Origin: Parasphingopyxis sp.
GTDB lineage: Bacteria; Pseudomonadota; Alphaproteobacteria; Sphingomonadales; Sphingomonadaceae
Reading direction: 5' to 3'
Assembly (NCBI GenBank): GCA_965212265.1
Contig: CBDBUZ010000007.1
Location: 22,349-86,348 of the forward strand
DNA: 64,000 nt
Positions 35,864 through 45,707 of the stretch are shown here, piece by piece. The notes under the pieces are model-generated. The model worked only from the letters and a program-made list of their open reading frames with translations. It had not been told where the DNA came from and searched no databases. The position numbers and the translations under genes were made by a program. The stretch's first letter is position 1. Every line of letters starts with the position of its first letter.

Positions 35864-36402
35864 TGATCTTGGCTCAATCGATCGTGTAACCAGATGCGCG
35901 AGGCTTGCCAGCGCCGTTTGACAGTCCGCACTGAGACATCAAGGACAGTTGCGATATCGCTAAGTGACATACCGCCAAAAAAGCGCATCTCCACAATATC
36001 GGCGCGCTCCGGATCAATTTCTCGCAACTCGAAAAGGTGTAAATCCAACGCTAGCAGTTCTATGGGTGCCTGCCATTCTGCAATGTCCGTCACGAGTGTG
36101 ACTTTAGTGTGATAGCGCTTTTCAGCATTGCGACGACGAGCCTGATCGACAAGTATCTGGCGCATCAGCGTCGTCGAAATGGCGAGAATATGCGCACGGT
36201 CGCTGAATTCCATCTCGGTCATGCGGGACAAACGGATGATTGCCTCGTTGATCAGGTCTCCAGTCGACAATGACGAGTGCAATTCTTGCGAGAGTTTCGC
36301 GGCAGCAATATCCCTGAGCTCATTATGAATCTCGCGCACCAGTGAGTCACCGGCGGTTACATCCCCAACCTGCCACTTGGCCATCAGTTCGCTGTGATTC
36401 AT
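35860..36402 (-). CDS. ECF sigma factor of the kinase-associated type (ECF43/TIGR02999-like)
   Basis: SLSTGDLINEAIIRL, LMRQILVDQARRR, IVEMRFFGGMS, TVKRRW; overlaps kinase start by 4 bp. Confidence 0.9.
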   Translation of the reverse strand: MNHSELMAKWQVGDVTAGDSLVREIHNELRDIAAAKLSQELHSSLSTGDLINEAIIRLSRMTEMEFSDRAHILAISTTLMRQILVDQARRRNAEKRYHTKVTLVTDIAEWQAPIELLALDLHLFELREIDPERADIVEMRFFGGMSLSDIATVLDVSVRTVKRRWQASRIWLHDRLSQDQ

Positions 36403-36495
36403 AGTCCGGCCCCCAGTTTCGGACAGATTCCAAGAATAGCCACAATTCTGTTGCAAATCCAAGATGTTTCAGACGGGGAGGCATAGTCACGCACG

Positions 36496-36699
36496 TCAGA
36501 AACCATAGCGATCCGCCACTGCAAGCAGGTCTTCTACTCGGCTTCCAATCTCAAGGTTCTGGCGCAGCCTGCGTTCGAGCCAGGCGCGCCGGCTCTCGGC
36601 AGGTTCGTTCAGTGCCTCTTCGAGCAAGGCCAAAACCTCTCGTTCCATGTCCATATTGACATCAGCTAGATCGGGCGGATCGGGCCGTGCATCGTCCAT
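36496..36699 (-). CDS. Small protein similar to the N-terminal segment of the neighbouring kinase
   Basis: EREVLALLEEALNEPAESRRA...RVEDLL vs kinase ERMVLEALERALDQPPADREA...RVLKLL; AAGGA RBS. Confidence 0.7.
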   Translation of the reverse strand: MDDARPDPPDLADVNMDMEREVLALLEEALNEPAESRRAWLERRLRQNLEIGSRVEDLLAVADRYGF

Positions 36700-36754
36700 T
36701 ATCTAATCCTTGGCGTCGCTCAAGATTCGTCAGTTGCAAAAATGATATGGATCA

Positions 36755-39700
36755 TCAAAACCGCCATCCAATCGTGGCTGACCCGGCAATGCCCTGCGCG
36801 TCCGAACCCACAAGCCCGCGAACATCGCCACCGATCGACCAGCCGCCGCCCAGTTGATACCGTCCGGCGATACTGAACAGTCCAGCGGAGCCATCAGTGC
36901 GGGGTGAACGAACGGAGAAAGCGCTGGCGGGTGCTCCGGCGATTCTCATTTCAACCTGGGACACACTGCTATGCCCATCGATATATTGGGCGCTCAGATC
37001 GAGACTGCCATTGGCGCCGTGCCAGTTGGCGAAAATACCGCCGCCAATCCGAGTGGCTTCATCGGAAGCTCCTCTGCTCGCGAGGTTGAGGCTGTTTGCT
37101 CCGGTTTCGCCGAAACTCCCGATATCGCCATCGGCAAAGAAAAATGAAGCAACCGGGCCTGCTGCCCAGCCGCCGCTACCCAGAGGCAGTCCGTAGCGAA
37201 GTTCGGCTTCCAGCGAGAGGGTTTCCATATCGACGCTGGCCTGTGTCAAACGCAATACTGTGCCAAAGGCGACCCCGCGCCGAACAGTGTTGTCGAGATT
37301 GCTATAGCTGAACGCCCCGGTCGCAGTGATCCCGCGATTGCCTGTTCCATATCGACCAAAGCCGCCGAGATGCCAGCCGTCGAAATCGGCAGTCGAACGG
37401 CGGGCATCGACATCCAGCTCGCCATCGACATGACCGACAGTAGCGCCGATCGCCCAACTGTTACTCGGTCCGCGATAGTCGATACCGAAATCGAAGCCGT
37501 AGCTATTGCTGTCAGCAACCGCCGCGTTACCGTCGCTATCAATTGAGCCGTCCCGGCCGGTGACTCCGCCCCAGGCACCCCAGCCTTCTCCGCTTGCCTC
37601 GTGGGCGCGCGCAACAAGCCGATCAGTGCGAACCATCGCATCATCCAGACCATTGGCCAGCAGAGAAGCGTATATCTCACCCGATGACGCGCTAAAGGCG
37701 GCCCGTGCCTGCGGCGCGGTCATAAACAGGATCTGCCTATAGACGCTCGCTGCATCGCTGCCCGCCGTCTGATCGAAATCGTCAAGGCCATTTGCCGCTC
37801 CTAGCTCATTATAGGTAACCGCGGCTGTCGGAAATAGCGGTGCGGGAAGCGGTGGAGGTGACGGAAGAGGTGGCATCGAAGGGGCAACGTTGTTGGGCGT
37901 CAACGCGAGCCCCACATCATTACCGTCTCCTGCCGTATAGTCGACCGACGGTGTCAGGAAAGCGAGCTCGTTGGTGATCGTTCCGAACTCGCCCATCACT
38001 GCGTCCATCGCATCATTGTCGATGATGAGGAAATTGAACGGGTTAGCGCCAGCAAAGCCGCCGCCGGCCATATCGAGAATGCGAAGTGTCGCATCGCCCA
38101 AAGTCACCGTGCCGTTGACGATCACGACATCATTGCCGCCCATCTCGTCAACCTCGACCTCGAAAACACTGTTCGCATCAAGCGTCAGATCGCCGGTTGT
38201 CAAGGACCCGATGCTATTGCCGGGCGCGAGGGTGCCGCCTGCCAAGGTCAGCGCGCCGATTGTGCCCGAACCCATGAAAACGGCACCTTCGCTGACAAAA
38301 ACGTCCAGCATCGACAGATCACCATTGGCGACGAATGTTCCGCTGCGCACCTCATATCGAGAGAATATACCGCCATCAGCATTGGCCGTCAGCGTGCCTG
38401 GTCCCTCTTGCGCGAATGTCTCGATCGAGGTGAAGTCGAAATCGTTGAGATCGACCGTCAGATTGTCAACATCGGCCGTTGTGAACAGCGCGGTATCATT
38501 GTTCGCGCCACCATCCGCAGCGACTGTGCTGCTCAGCATATCGAGCAGAAACACATCCTCGCCTTCGCCCAATGAGATCATGCCGGCAATCGCATGGCCA
38601 TTGGCGATAGAGACAGTGTCGTTGCCCGCTCCGCCGAGGAAATCGGCGGTGATAACCGTCCCGGACGCAATCGTGGCGCTATCGTCTCCGTCGCCGAGAT
38701 CGAGCGTGCCGTTGATCATGCCGCCCGTTTCGGTTTCGGCACGATCGGTATCATCGCCGAGCAGCACATCGCCATTGGAGACGCCGGTCGCGCGCAGCAG
38801 AAATATGTCGTCGCCATTGGACAGGTCGATCGCGGTGCCGCCCCCCCCTGTGATCGTTCCGGCCAGATCAACGCTGGTGGTATTGAGCGTCGGGACCACG
38901 GTATCGACGCGCTCACCATCGATAAACTGGATGTTGGTTGCCGTGTCTTGATCGCGAATTGCAATATCGCCCGCCGCAATGACGCTGGTTTCGTCGACGA
39001 TAATCCTGTTGTCCGATGGCTCGTTTATGCCCGTGAACGGGTCAAAATATGCGCGCACAAACACGCCGGTTGTGTCGGCACCGGCAACCATGATGGACCC
39101 GCTATTGATTACGTCGATAGCCAGAATCTGCACCGCCGAATTAACGCCGAAACCGGACCGCCCGTCGACCATTATCTCGCCGCCGTCGACGATCAGCCGT
39201 AGTTCCAGAATTTTGTCTCTGTTGAACCCGAATGGATCTTCGATAAAGATTCCGGCAGATTCTTCGCCACCGTTCGCTATAAGACTGCCCGATATCGTGA
39301 CCGCTGCCGATGCTGACATATCGATGCCACGCGCAGAGCCGCGACCGTCCGGACCGCTTCCGCCGATCGCTTCCACCCTGCCCTGAATGTCTATCCCGGG
39401 CAGAGCAGCGCCGAAACCGAACGGAAACTGGATGCCAAGCGCGGCGCCGCCGAATGCGGTTGTGCTGGGTCCGGTTACGCTGGCTTCTCCGCCAAACGCC
39501 TGCACCAGTCCTTCAACGACAAAGCGCGGGGCAATCGTGGAGCCTTCGCTCGACCGCGGGTTGAAGAAGATACCGAACGCAGCGCCGCCCCTGACAATTA
39601 CCTCCGCATCGTTGTCGGGATTGTTGATCAGTTCGGCATTGCCGGCCGTCGCAACGATATTGCCGACTTGCCGATAGACTGTGTCGTCGGTCGCGGTGAC

Positions 39701-41458
39701 TCCACCGCCGGAAGCACTACCACCAGTCAGCAGGCCAGATATATTCTCGCCAGTGATCTCCAGCCTAGCGTCGCCGCCAAATGTGGTGATCAGGTCTTCG
39801 AAGGAAAATTCGGTAACCGTAGTCGCGGCCGCCTGAGGAAAGCCGAAGTCGAAACTGAAGCCCGATGCACCGCCCCCGACACTGCGCGTCTCATAGTCGC
39901 GGCCATTGGCGATCGCGAGGCTATTGCCACCACGCGCCGTGATCGGTCCGCTAAATGTAAGGTCGAGCGAGAAGGAGCCGCCAGCTTCTCCCGCGCGCGC
40001 CGCGCCGCCCTCTGCTTCGACGGCATAACGCGGCGTTCCTTCGTTAACATCCGAATAGAGCGTGCCCGTCGTTGCCACACCAGTGCCGGTACCGACCGCG
40101 CGTGCATTGCCGCCGGTGACGTCGATAGAACCGTCAAAGGAAAACTCGGCATATTCCGTCGAGAACATGGTGATCGCGCTGGCAGTCTGCCCTCGGCTTC
40201 GCGCAAAGATCAGACCGGCCGTCTCGTCAACACCACCCAGCGAGGCGGTCGCCTCGGCGCTGCTGCTGCCGCCTACCACCACGATATCGCCAGTATAGTC
40301 GAGCCGTGTCAGTCCGTCCTGGTCGTCATTATCCGTGTCAGTCAAGATACCATATGCTGTCGGGTTGAACGCGGTCCCGCCGTCAGCGATCGCCATGCCC
40401 TGTCGCAAATCCGCGCCCGTGCTCGTTGATACTGCATGAATTGTGACATCGGCGCCGATTATGCTGACATCGCCTATCATCGTGAGGTCGACATTCTGAA
40501 ATCCGGGCAGATCCTCCGCATCGGGGTCGAACGAGAAAAAAGACGGCGCGTAGATACCGGTAAGACGAGCGAAAGTGACTTGGGCATCCGCGGTGTTGTC
40601 TACGCTCGAAGCAAAGACATTAGCTGCGCCGCCTGTGATCCTGATGTCGCCGGTCTGCGAGATTGCGAGGTCATCAAAACCCTCTGCAAAGATCCCATGG
40701 TTTTCGGTAACGGCATTGCGGAAACGGATGGTTCTCGCGCCCGCCGATCCGCCATTGGTATTGATCGTCGTAATGTTGCGCGTCCCGCCGTCCACGGCAA
40801 GCAAACCGGTGTTGGTCAGCGCGATATCGCCTGCCAGATTCTCAGCCCGGATCGCACCAAACCGACCTAATGTGATATCCGCTCGAAACGTATTTTCGGC
40901 GCTGAACACTGGCCTGGACACGTCGATATCGCCGATATGCGTGAAATTGATCTCCCCGCCAACGTTAAGCCCGAGGGCACCAAAATTATCAAACTGTCGA
41001 CTGCCGTTTGTTTCTGTGTAATTCGCTTGCGTTTGCCCGAAGATATCGCCGACCAGCTGGCCGCTGACTCCGCCATCGGTAATGATGTGGAAACCGGCTA
41101 TTCTTCTGTCGTCGCGTTCGTTCGGCGGCATCAATGCCATGCGGAAATTGCCCAAATCGGCATCGACAGTGACATCTAAACCTGCATCCTGGCGGAGGAA
41201 GAATCCGCGGCTGCCGATATCAGTCGTCAGATTCTCGAAAATGACGGTGCTGACGGTATTGGAGATCACGGCTCCCCCGCCGGAAACATCCCCATCGCAA
41301 GTCAGCACGCTATCGTTTACGCCGCCCGTTACGCAGCTGGCTTCTGCCGGACTCGGCACCAAGGCCAAGGTCGCGCCCATCGCCGCCAGCGCTACCCCAT
41401 GCTGCAATCCTGCTCTGGTCTCGAATTTCCGCCGGTATGCCATCGTTTTCCTCTCCAA
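36755..41458 (-). CDS. Autotransporter (type Va), Gly/Thr-rich passenger
   Basis: Signal peptide, beta-helix-like passenger, APGNSIG, Pro-rich linker, barrel region WGAWGG...ATIGWRF. Confidence 0.9.
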   Translation of the reverse strand: MERKTMAYRRKFETRAGLQHGVALAAMGATLALVPSPAEASCVTGGVNDSVLTCDGDVSGGGAVISNTVSTVIFENLTTDIGSRGFFLRQDAGLDVTVDADLGNFRMALMPPNERDDRRIAGFHIITDGGVSGQLVGDIFGQTQANYTETNGSRQFDNFGALGLNVGGEINFTHIGDIDVSRPVFSAENTFRADITLGRFGAIRAENLAGDIALTNTGLLAVDGGTRNITTINTNGGSAGARTIRFRNAVTENHGIFAEGFDDLAISQTGDIRITGGAANVFASSVDNTADAQVTFARLTGIYAPSFFSFDPDAEDLPGFQNVDLTMIGDVSIIGADVTIHAVSTSTGADLRQGMAIADGGTAFNPTAYGILTDTDNDDQDGLTRLDYTGDIVVVGGSSSAEATASLGGVDETAGLIFARSRGQTASAITMFSTEYAEFSFDGSIDVTGGNARAVGTGTGVATTGTLYSDVNEGTPRYAVEAEGGAARAGEAGGSFSLDLTFSGPITARGGNSLAIANGRDYETRSVGGGASGFSFDFGFPQAAATTVTEFSFEDLITTFGGDARLEITGENISGLLTGGSASGGGVTATDDTVYRQVGNIVATAGNAELINNPDNDAEVIVRGGAAFGIFFNPRSSEGSTIAPRFVVEGLVQAFGGEASVTGPSTTAFGGAALGIQFPFGFGAALPGIDIQGRVEAIGGSGPDGRGSARGIDMSASAAVTISGSLIANGGEESAGIFIEDPFGFNRDKILELRLIVDGGEIMVDGRSGFGVNSAVQILAIDVINSGSIMVAGADTTGVFVRAYFDPFTGINEPSDNRIIVDETSVIAAGDIAIRDQDTATNIQFIDGERVDTVVPTLNTTSVDLAGTITGGGGTAIDLSNGDDIFLLRATGVSNGDVLLGDDTDRAETETGGMINGTLDLGDGDDSATIASGTVITADFLGGAGNDTVSIANGHAIAGMISLGEGEDVFLLDMLSSTVAADGGANNDTALFTTADVDNLTVDLNDFDFTSIETFAQEGPGTLTANADGGIFSRYEVRSGTFVANGDLSMLDVFVSEGAVFMGSGTIGALTLAGGTLAPGNSIGSLTTGDLTLDANSVFEVEVDEMGGNDVVIVNGTVTLGDATLRILDMAGGGFAGANPFNFLIIDNDAMDAVMGEFGTITNELAFLTPSVDYTAGDGNDVGLALTPNNVAPSMPPLPSPPPLPAPLFPTAAVTYNELGAANGLDDFDQTAGSDAASVYRQILFMTAPQARAAFSASSGEIYASLLANGLDDAMVRTDRLVARAHEASGEGWGAWGGVTGRDGSIDSDGNAAVADSNSYGFDFGIDYRGPSNSWAIGATVGHVDGELDVDARRSTADFDGWHLGGFGRYGTGNRGITATGAFSYSNLDNTVRRGVAFGTVLRLTQASVDMETLSLEAELRYGLPLGSGGWAAGPVASFFFADGDIGSFGETGANSLNLASRGASDEATRIGGGIFANWHGANGSLDLSAQYIDGHSSVSQVEMRIAGAPASAFSVRSPRTDGSAGLFSIAGRYQLGGGWSIGGDVRGLVGSDAQGIAGSATIGWRF

Positions 41459-41630
41459 AATGAGTGCCGGGAAAAATGGTCACTCACCAAAGAAGGCGCA
41501 AAACAGCGGAGAAAGGGGCCAAAATTGTTTCTGGCGCGAAGACCCAAGAAGGTATTGGGGGGCGAGGCCTCACAGGAAATCGAAGCGAGGGATCAACGGT
41601 AACCAGGACAAATAGACCGGCAGATCAAGC

Positions 41631-41654
41631 GTCCGCTTTCGGCCAATTGCAGTC
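41631..41654. repeat. Hairpin repeat copy 2
   Basis: GTCCGCTTTCGGCCAATTGCAGTC; first 17 bp identical to the copy at 50481. Confidence 0.75.
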
Positions 41655-41664
41655 TTAAGGGGTT

Positions 41665-42309
41665 TCACCATCCGACCGTCAGGCGCTGCCTTGGAGCTGG
41701 TTGCAATTCGATTAGGTCAAGCATTGCAACAGCGAAATCTGCGTAGGAAATTTGCGATTGTCCATTGCTTTGCTTGACAAGCGTGTTGCGTCCCAGTGCA
41801 TAGCGGCCCGTTCTATCAGAATTGAGCAACATTGCCGAAGGCCGCAGACATATCCAATCTGCATCTGGAAAGGCGTTCAGCAGAGTGTCCTGCGCCGCAC
41901 AAGCTTCCGCGATCGGCCGGACGGAGCCTGGCAAGAACCCTGGAGCTGTCAGAACAGTGTGATTGGTGCCATCGCCGATCTTCAGCGGCGCCGCCCCACC
42001 CGTGACATAAACCGGCTTGTTCTCAGCTCTCGAAGCCATCAAGACAGCCCGCGTCATACTCACGAGCTTGTCCTCCTGGCCTTCGGGCGGGCGCAGGGCC
42101 GACACGATAGCCGCATTCGCCTGCACCAGGCGCCCCAGCTTCTCACGGTCATTGAAAACATCCAATGTCTCACAGCGAATATTGGGGCTATTGCCCTCTA
42201 GGCGACTTGTATTTCTTGCGCAGGCTGTCACTTGATGGCCGCGCTCGGTTGCCTCTTGGGTGACTGCCCTTCCGACAACGCCAGTAGCGCCAAGAATGAG
42301 AATATTCAT
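41665..42309 (-). CDS. NAD(P)H-binding oxidoreductase (atypical SDR)
   Basis: ILGATGVVG, GGAAPL, WICLRP, ISYADFAVAM. Confidence 0.9.
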   Translation of the reverse strand: MNILILGATGVVGRAVTQEATERGHQVTACARNTSRLEGNSPNIRCETLDVFNDREKLGRLVQANAAIVSALRPPEGQEDKLVSMTRAVLMASRAENKPVYVTGGAAPLKIGDGTNHTVLTAPGFLPGSVRPIAEACAAQDTLLNAFPDADWICLRPSAMLLNSDRTGRYALGRNTLVKQSNGQSQISYADFAVAMLDLIELQPAPRQRLTVGW

Positions 42310-43202
42310 GCCATTTCTCCGATTTTGTCGTGGTTGGTTGCAATGGATTTGGAGCGCGCTCCGCCGAGCGTGATGCTGCCCAATACTATCGCCGCACCCA
42401 TGATCTGGATCGGCGTCAGGATTTCCCCTAGAATCAGCCACCCCAAGCAAACAGCGGTAAGGGGGCTGAGAAAACCAAACGTGGTCACTACCTCAGGCCC
42501 GAGCCGATCAATGCCCCGGAACCACAGAAAATAGCTAAGCGCTGCGCCGGCCAGACCGAGCCAGAGAAAACCGGCAACGTTCGTCAAACTGAGGTTAGGC
42601 AGCGGTGGCTCAATCATTGCCGCTATTGGCAAGAGAACAATCCCCCCCGCGGTCAGCTGCCACGCCGTAAACGTTAGGGCCGAGACGGGAGGTTTCCACT
42701 TTCGGGTCAAAACCACGCCGAGCGCCATAGAAAGAGCCCCACCAATAGCGGCTACTGTTCCAATGAGATCGAGTCGCGTTTCGGGGCCTATCAACAGCAG
42801 CGCAACGCCGGCTATCCCGGCACATGCAGCGGTCAAACTTCGGGCAGTCAGCGGAGTTTTAAGGGCTACCGATGCCAACAGAAGAACGAACAGCGGTTGG
42901 ATCGCGCCGAGGGTGGCCGCAGCGCCACCTGGCAGCCGATAGGCAGCGATAAACAGCGCCGACCAGAAAATCGCAAAGTTCAGCGCTCCAAGAACCATCA
43001 ATCGCAGGTACCAACTGCGATCCGGAAAACTGCGTGTCACTGCCAACAACAACAGTCCGGCAGGTAGTGCGCGCAGCACTGCATCAGTTAGCGGGTACCC
43101 AGCCGGGAGCATCTCGGTTGTAACAATGTATGTGCTGCCCCAAATGGCGGGTGCCGATGCGGCGAGCACCAGGTCGGAAATTCGCGATGTTTGTGCTGTC
43201 AT
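42306..43202 (-). CDS. EamA/DMT transporter (PecM-like)
   Basis: APAIWGSTY, RALPAGLLL, AYRLPGG; ten TM helices. Confidence 0.92.
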   Translation of the reverse strand: MTAQTSRISDLVLAASAPAIWGSTYIVTTEMLPAGYPLTDAVLRALPAGLLLLAVTRSFPDRSWYLRLMVLGALNFAIFWSALFIAAYRLPGGAAATLGAIQPLFVLLLASVALKTPLTARSLTAACAGIAGVALLLIGPETRLDLIGTVAAIGGALSMALGVVLTRKWKPPVSALTFTAWQLTAGGIVLLPIAAMIEPPLPNLSLTNVAGFLWLGLAGAALSYFLWFRGIDRLGPEVVTTFGFLSPLTAVCLGWLILGEILTPIQIMGAAIVLGSITLGGARSKSIATNHDKIGEMA

Positions 43203-43448
43203 GTGTCTCGCTGCCTCCAGTTGTTCTCGGACTGTTTCCGAGTTCGCGGCATCAGCCGCCTGGTGTTAGCGATGGGGATATTTTATACACCAATATTTGA
43301 TAATACCGTTATTCAAGATCACACTACCAACTGTGAGTGGTTAATATGGATCGTCTGACAGCCTTGACCACATTTCGACATGCCGTGGATCTTGGCAGTT
43401 TTGCTGCTGCTGCGCGTCACCTTGGCCTATCGCCAGCGGCTGTCAGCA
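43203..43448. repeat. LysR control region plus LysR 5' end, copy A of inverted duplication
   Basis: Aligns by eye with the reverse complement of 44386-44630. Confidence 0.85.
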
Positions 43449-44266
43449 AGAATATTGGAGAATTGGAACAGCATCTGGGCACAAGACTTCTAAATCGCAC
43501 AACACGGAAAATGAGTTTGACAGAAGCGGGTACCACCTACTTTGAGCGAGTAGTTGCGATACTGGATGATCTTGATGATGCCGATGACGTTCTTGGAAGC
43601 ATGCGTCGAGCACCTTCAGGTACATTGCGGATCGCTGCGCCGATGACTGTCGCATTGACGTGTTTCTCGTCAGCAATTCCCCGGTTTCTGGAATGCTATC
43701 CTGATGTCTCCATTGATTTGCATTTGGATGATCGGCGGGTGAACATCGTGGAAGACGGGTTCGACATAGCCATTCGCGGTGTCGATACCCTTGAGGATTC
43801 TAGCCTGATCGCCCGCAAGCTCTTGACGATGCGGCATGTGCTCTGTGGTGCTCCCTCCTATTTCGATGCGAACGGAGTGCCAAGTTTACCTGAAGATCTT
43901 ACGGATCACGAACTCATCCAGTTTTCGCTGTCCGGACATGCGCAAAGATGGACATTCGATAATGGCGCGCGCGAAGCTCAAGTACCAGTGAGTGCTCGCT
44001 ATAAGGTTTCGTCCAGCCTGGCCGTTATCGATGCCCTGCGTGAAGGCTTTGGAGTAAGCTTGGTTCCCAGAATATATGTCGAAGAGGATCTTGATCGAGG
44101 CAGCCTTCAGACTGTGCTTGATGACTGGGCGCCTGATGAGACGACGCTCTATGCCATCTATCCATCCCGCCAATATCTTGTTTCCAAAGTGAGAGTTTTC
44201 TTGGATTTCCTTGCGGATGAATTTGCAAAGTTAGAAGGAAAATCGACGTCAAACGAGCGTAAGTAA
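43346..44266 (+). CDS. LysR family regulator (CrgA/DmlR-like)
   Basis: GSFAAAARHLGLSPAAVSK, LLNRTTR, DIAIRG, KVRVFLDFL. Confidence 0.95.
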   Translation: MDRLTALTTFRHAVDLGSFAAAARHLGLSPAAVSKNIGELEQHLGTRLLNRTTRKMSLTEAGTTYFERVVAILDDLDDADDVLGSMRRAPSGTLRIAAPMTVALTCFSSAIPRFLECYPDVSIDLHLDDRRVNIVEDGFDIAIRGVDTLEDSSLIARKLLTMRHVLCGAPSYFDANGVPSLPEDLTDHELIQFSLSGHAQRWTFDNGAREAQVPVSARYKVSSSLAVIDALREGFGVSLVPRIYVEEDLDRGSLQTVLDDWAPDETTLYAIYPSRQYLVSKVRVFLDFLADEFAKLEGKSTSNERK

Positions 44267-44327
44267 CCGTAACAGACTGTCAGGTCTTCGCATTCCAGCC
44301 CAACGGGCACAGGAACAGGAGACAAAT

Positions 44328-44390
44328 ATGGCTCGACATAAATTGGCGATAATAAGTTCTGTATCGGCGGTCAGTCTTACCCTGATGCTG
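44328..44390 (+). pseudogene. Orphan RBS and signal-peptide remnant paralogous to the dehalogenase 5' end
   Basis: GGCACAGGAACAGGAGACAAA-ATG then MARHKLAIISSVSAVSLTLML vs [21 protein letters not shown]. Confidence 0.65.
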
Positions 44391-44488
44391 ATAGCGGCCG
44401 GTGACAGGCCAAGGTGACTGGCAACAGCAGCAAAACTGCCGAGATCCACGGCATGTGGAATTGTAGTCAAGCCTGTCAGGCGATCCAT
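44386..44488 (-). pseudogene. Truncated LysR (N-terminal ~33 codons)
   Basis: MDRLTGLTTIPHAVDLGSFAAVASHLGLSPAAIS, near-identical to the intact LysR start, then diverges. Confidence 0.85.
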
Positions 44489-44649
44489 ATTAACTACTCA
44501 CAGTTGGTAGTGTGATCCCAAATAACAATATTATCAAACGATAGTGCATAAAATATTCCCATCATCAACACCAAGCGGTTGATGCCGCGAACGCAGGAAC
44601 TGTCCGACAATCACCGGAGGCGACGAGGCACAGGAACAGGAGACAAAAC

Positions 44650-45684
44650 ATGACTCAACGTAAACTGGCGATCAAACAAACTGTTTTAGCGGCCGGCCTT
44701 GCCCTGATGCTGACAAGCGCATCAAATGCGCAAACTGAAGCTACTAACATCACGCCGGAATCCGAAACGGTCATTTCAGCGGCCTTCCCGTTCGACAAAC
44801 ACTATGTCGACATACTGGGATCGCAAATGGCCTATGTTGACGAGGGCGAAGGACCCGTCATCCTCTTCATTCACGGCAATCCCACCTCATCCTACCTGTG
44901 GCGGAACATCATTCCGCATGTGAGCACCGACCACCGCGTAATTGCGGTCGATCTGATCGGCATGGGCGATAGCGATCAACCCGATATCGATTATCGTTTC
45001 GCGACCCATGCGTCCTATCTCGACGCCTTTATCGCCGCGCTAGAGTTACAAGACATCATCCTCGTTGTTCACGATTGGGGTTCTGGCCTCGGCATGCGTT
45101 ACGCGCGCCTCAATCAGGACAATGTTCGCGGAATCGCCTTGATGGAGGCGATCCTGCCGCCCGCTTTACCTGCTGCAGGCTATGAAGCGATAAGCGAACC
45201 AGCAAGCAGCATGTTTCGAAACCTGCGAACTCCGGAAATCGGCGAGGAGATGGTGCTCGACAATAATTTCTTTGTCGAAGGCATACTCGGTCAGGCCGGC
45301 GTCGTACGACAGCTGTCGCGCCAGGAACTTAACGCCTATCGCGCGCCATTCTCGACCCGCGAAAGCAGGCGCCCAACTCTGCAATGGCCGCGCGAAATTC
45401 CGATCGGTGGAGAGCCTGGCGATGTGGTCGCTGAGATTGGTGCCAACGGTGAGTGGTTCTACCAAACCGAACTCCCAAAACTCTTATTCTTCGCAGATCC
45501 CGGTGCTCTGATTCCACCGCAGGTAGCAAGTTACATCGCTGAAAATGCACTCAACATCCAAGTTGTTGCACTCGGTCGAGCGACCCATTTCGTGCAAGAA
45601 GACCATCCGCACGTCATCGGACGGACTTTGGCTGCTTGGATATCTGGTCTCGGTGACAATCCTGAAAACCCACCGGCGCAATAG
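44650..45684 (+). CDS. Haloalkane dehalogenase family hydrolase with signal peptide
   Basis: [32 protein letters not shown]. Confidence 0.92.
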   Translation: MTQRKLAIKQTVLAAGLALMLTSASNAQTEATNITPESETVISAAFPFDKHYVDILGSQMAYVDEGEGPVILFIHGNPTSSYLWRNIIPHVSTDHRVIAVDLIGMGDSDQPDIDYRFATHASYLDAFIAALELQDIILVVHDWGSGLGMRYARLNQDNVRGIALMEAILPPALPAAGYEAISEPASSMFRNLRTPEIGEEMVLDNNFFVEGILGQAGVVRQLSRQELNAYRAPFSTRESRRPTLQWPREIPIGGEPGDVVAEIGANGEWFYQTELPKLLFFADPGALIPPQVASYIAENALNIQVVALGRATHFVQEDHPHVIGRTLAAWISGLGDNPENPPAQ

Positions 45685-45707
45685 CGTCCCAATTAGGAAT
45701 GGAGAGC

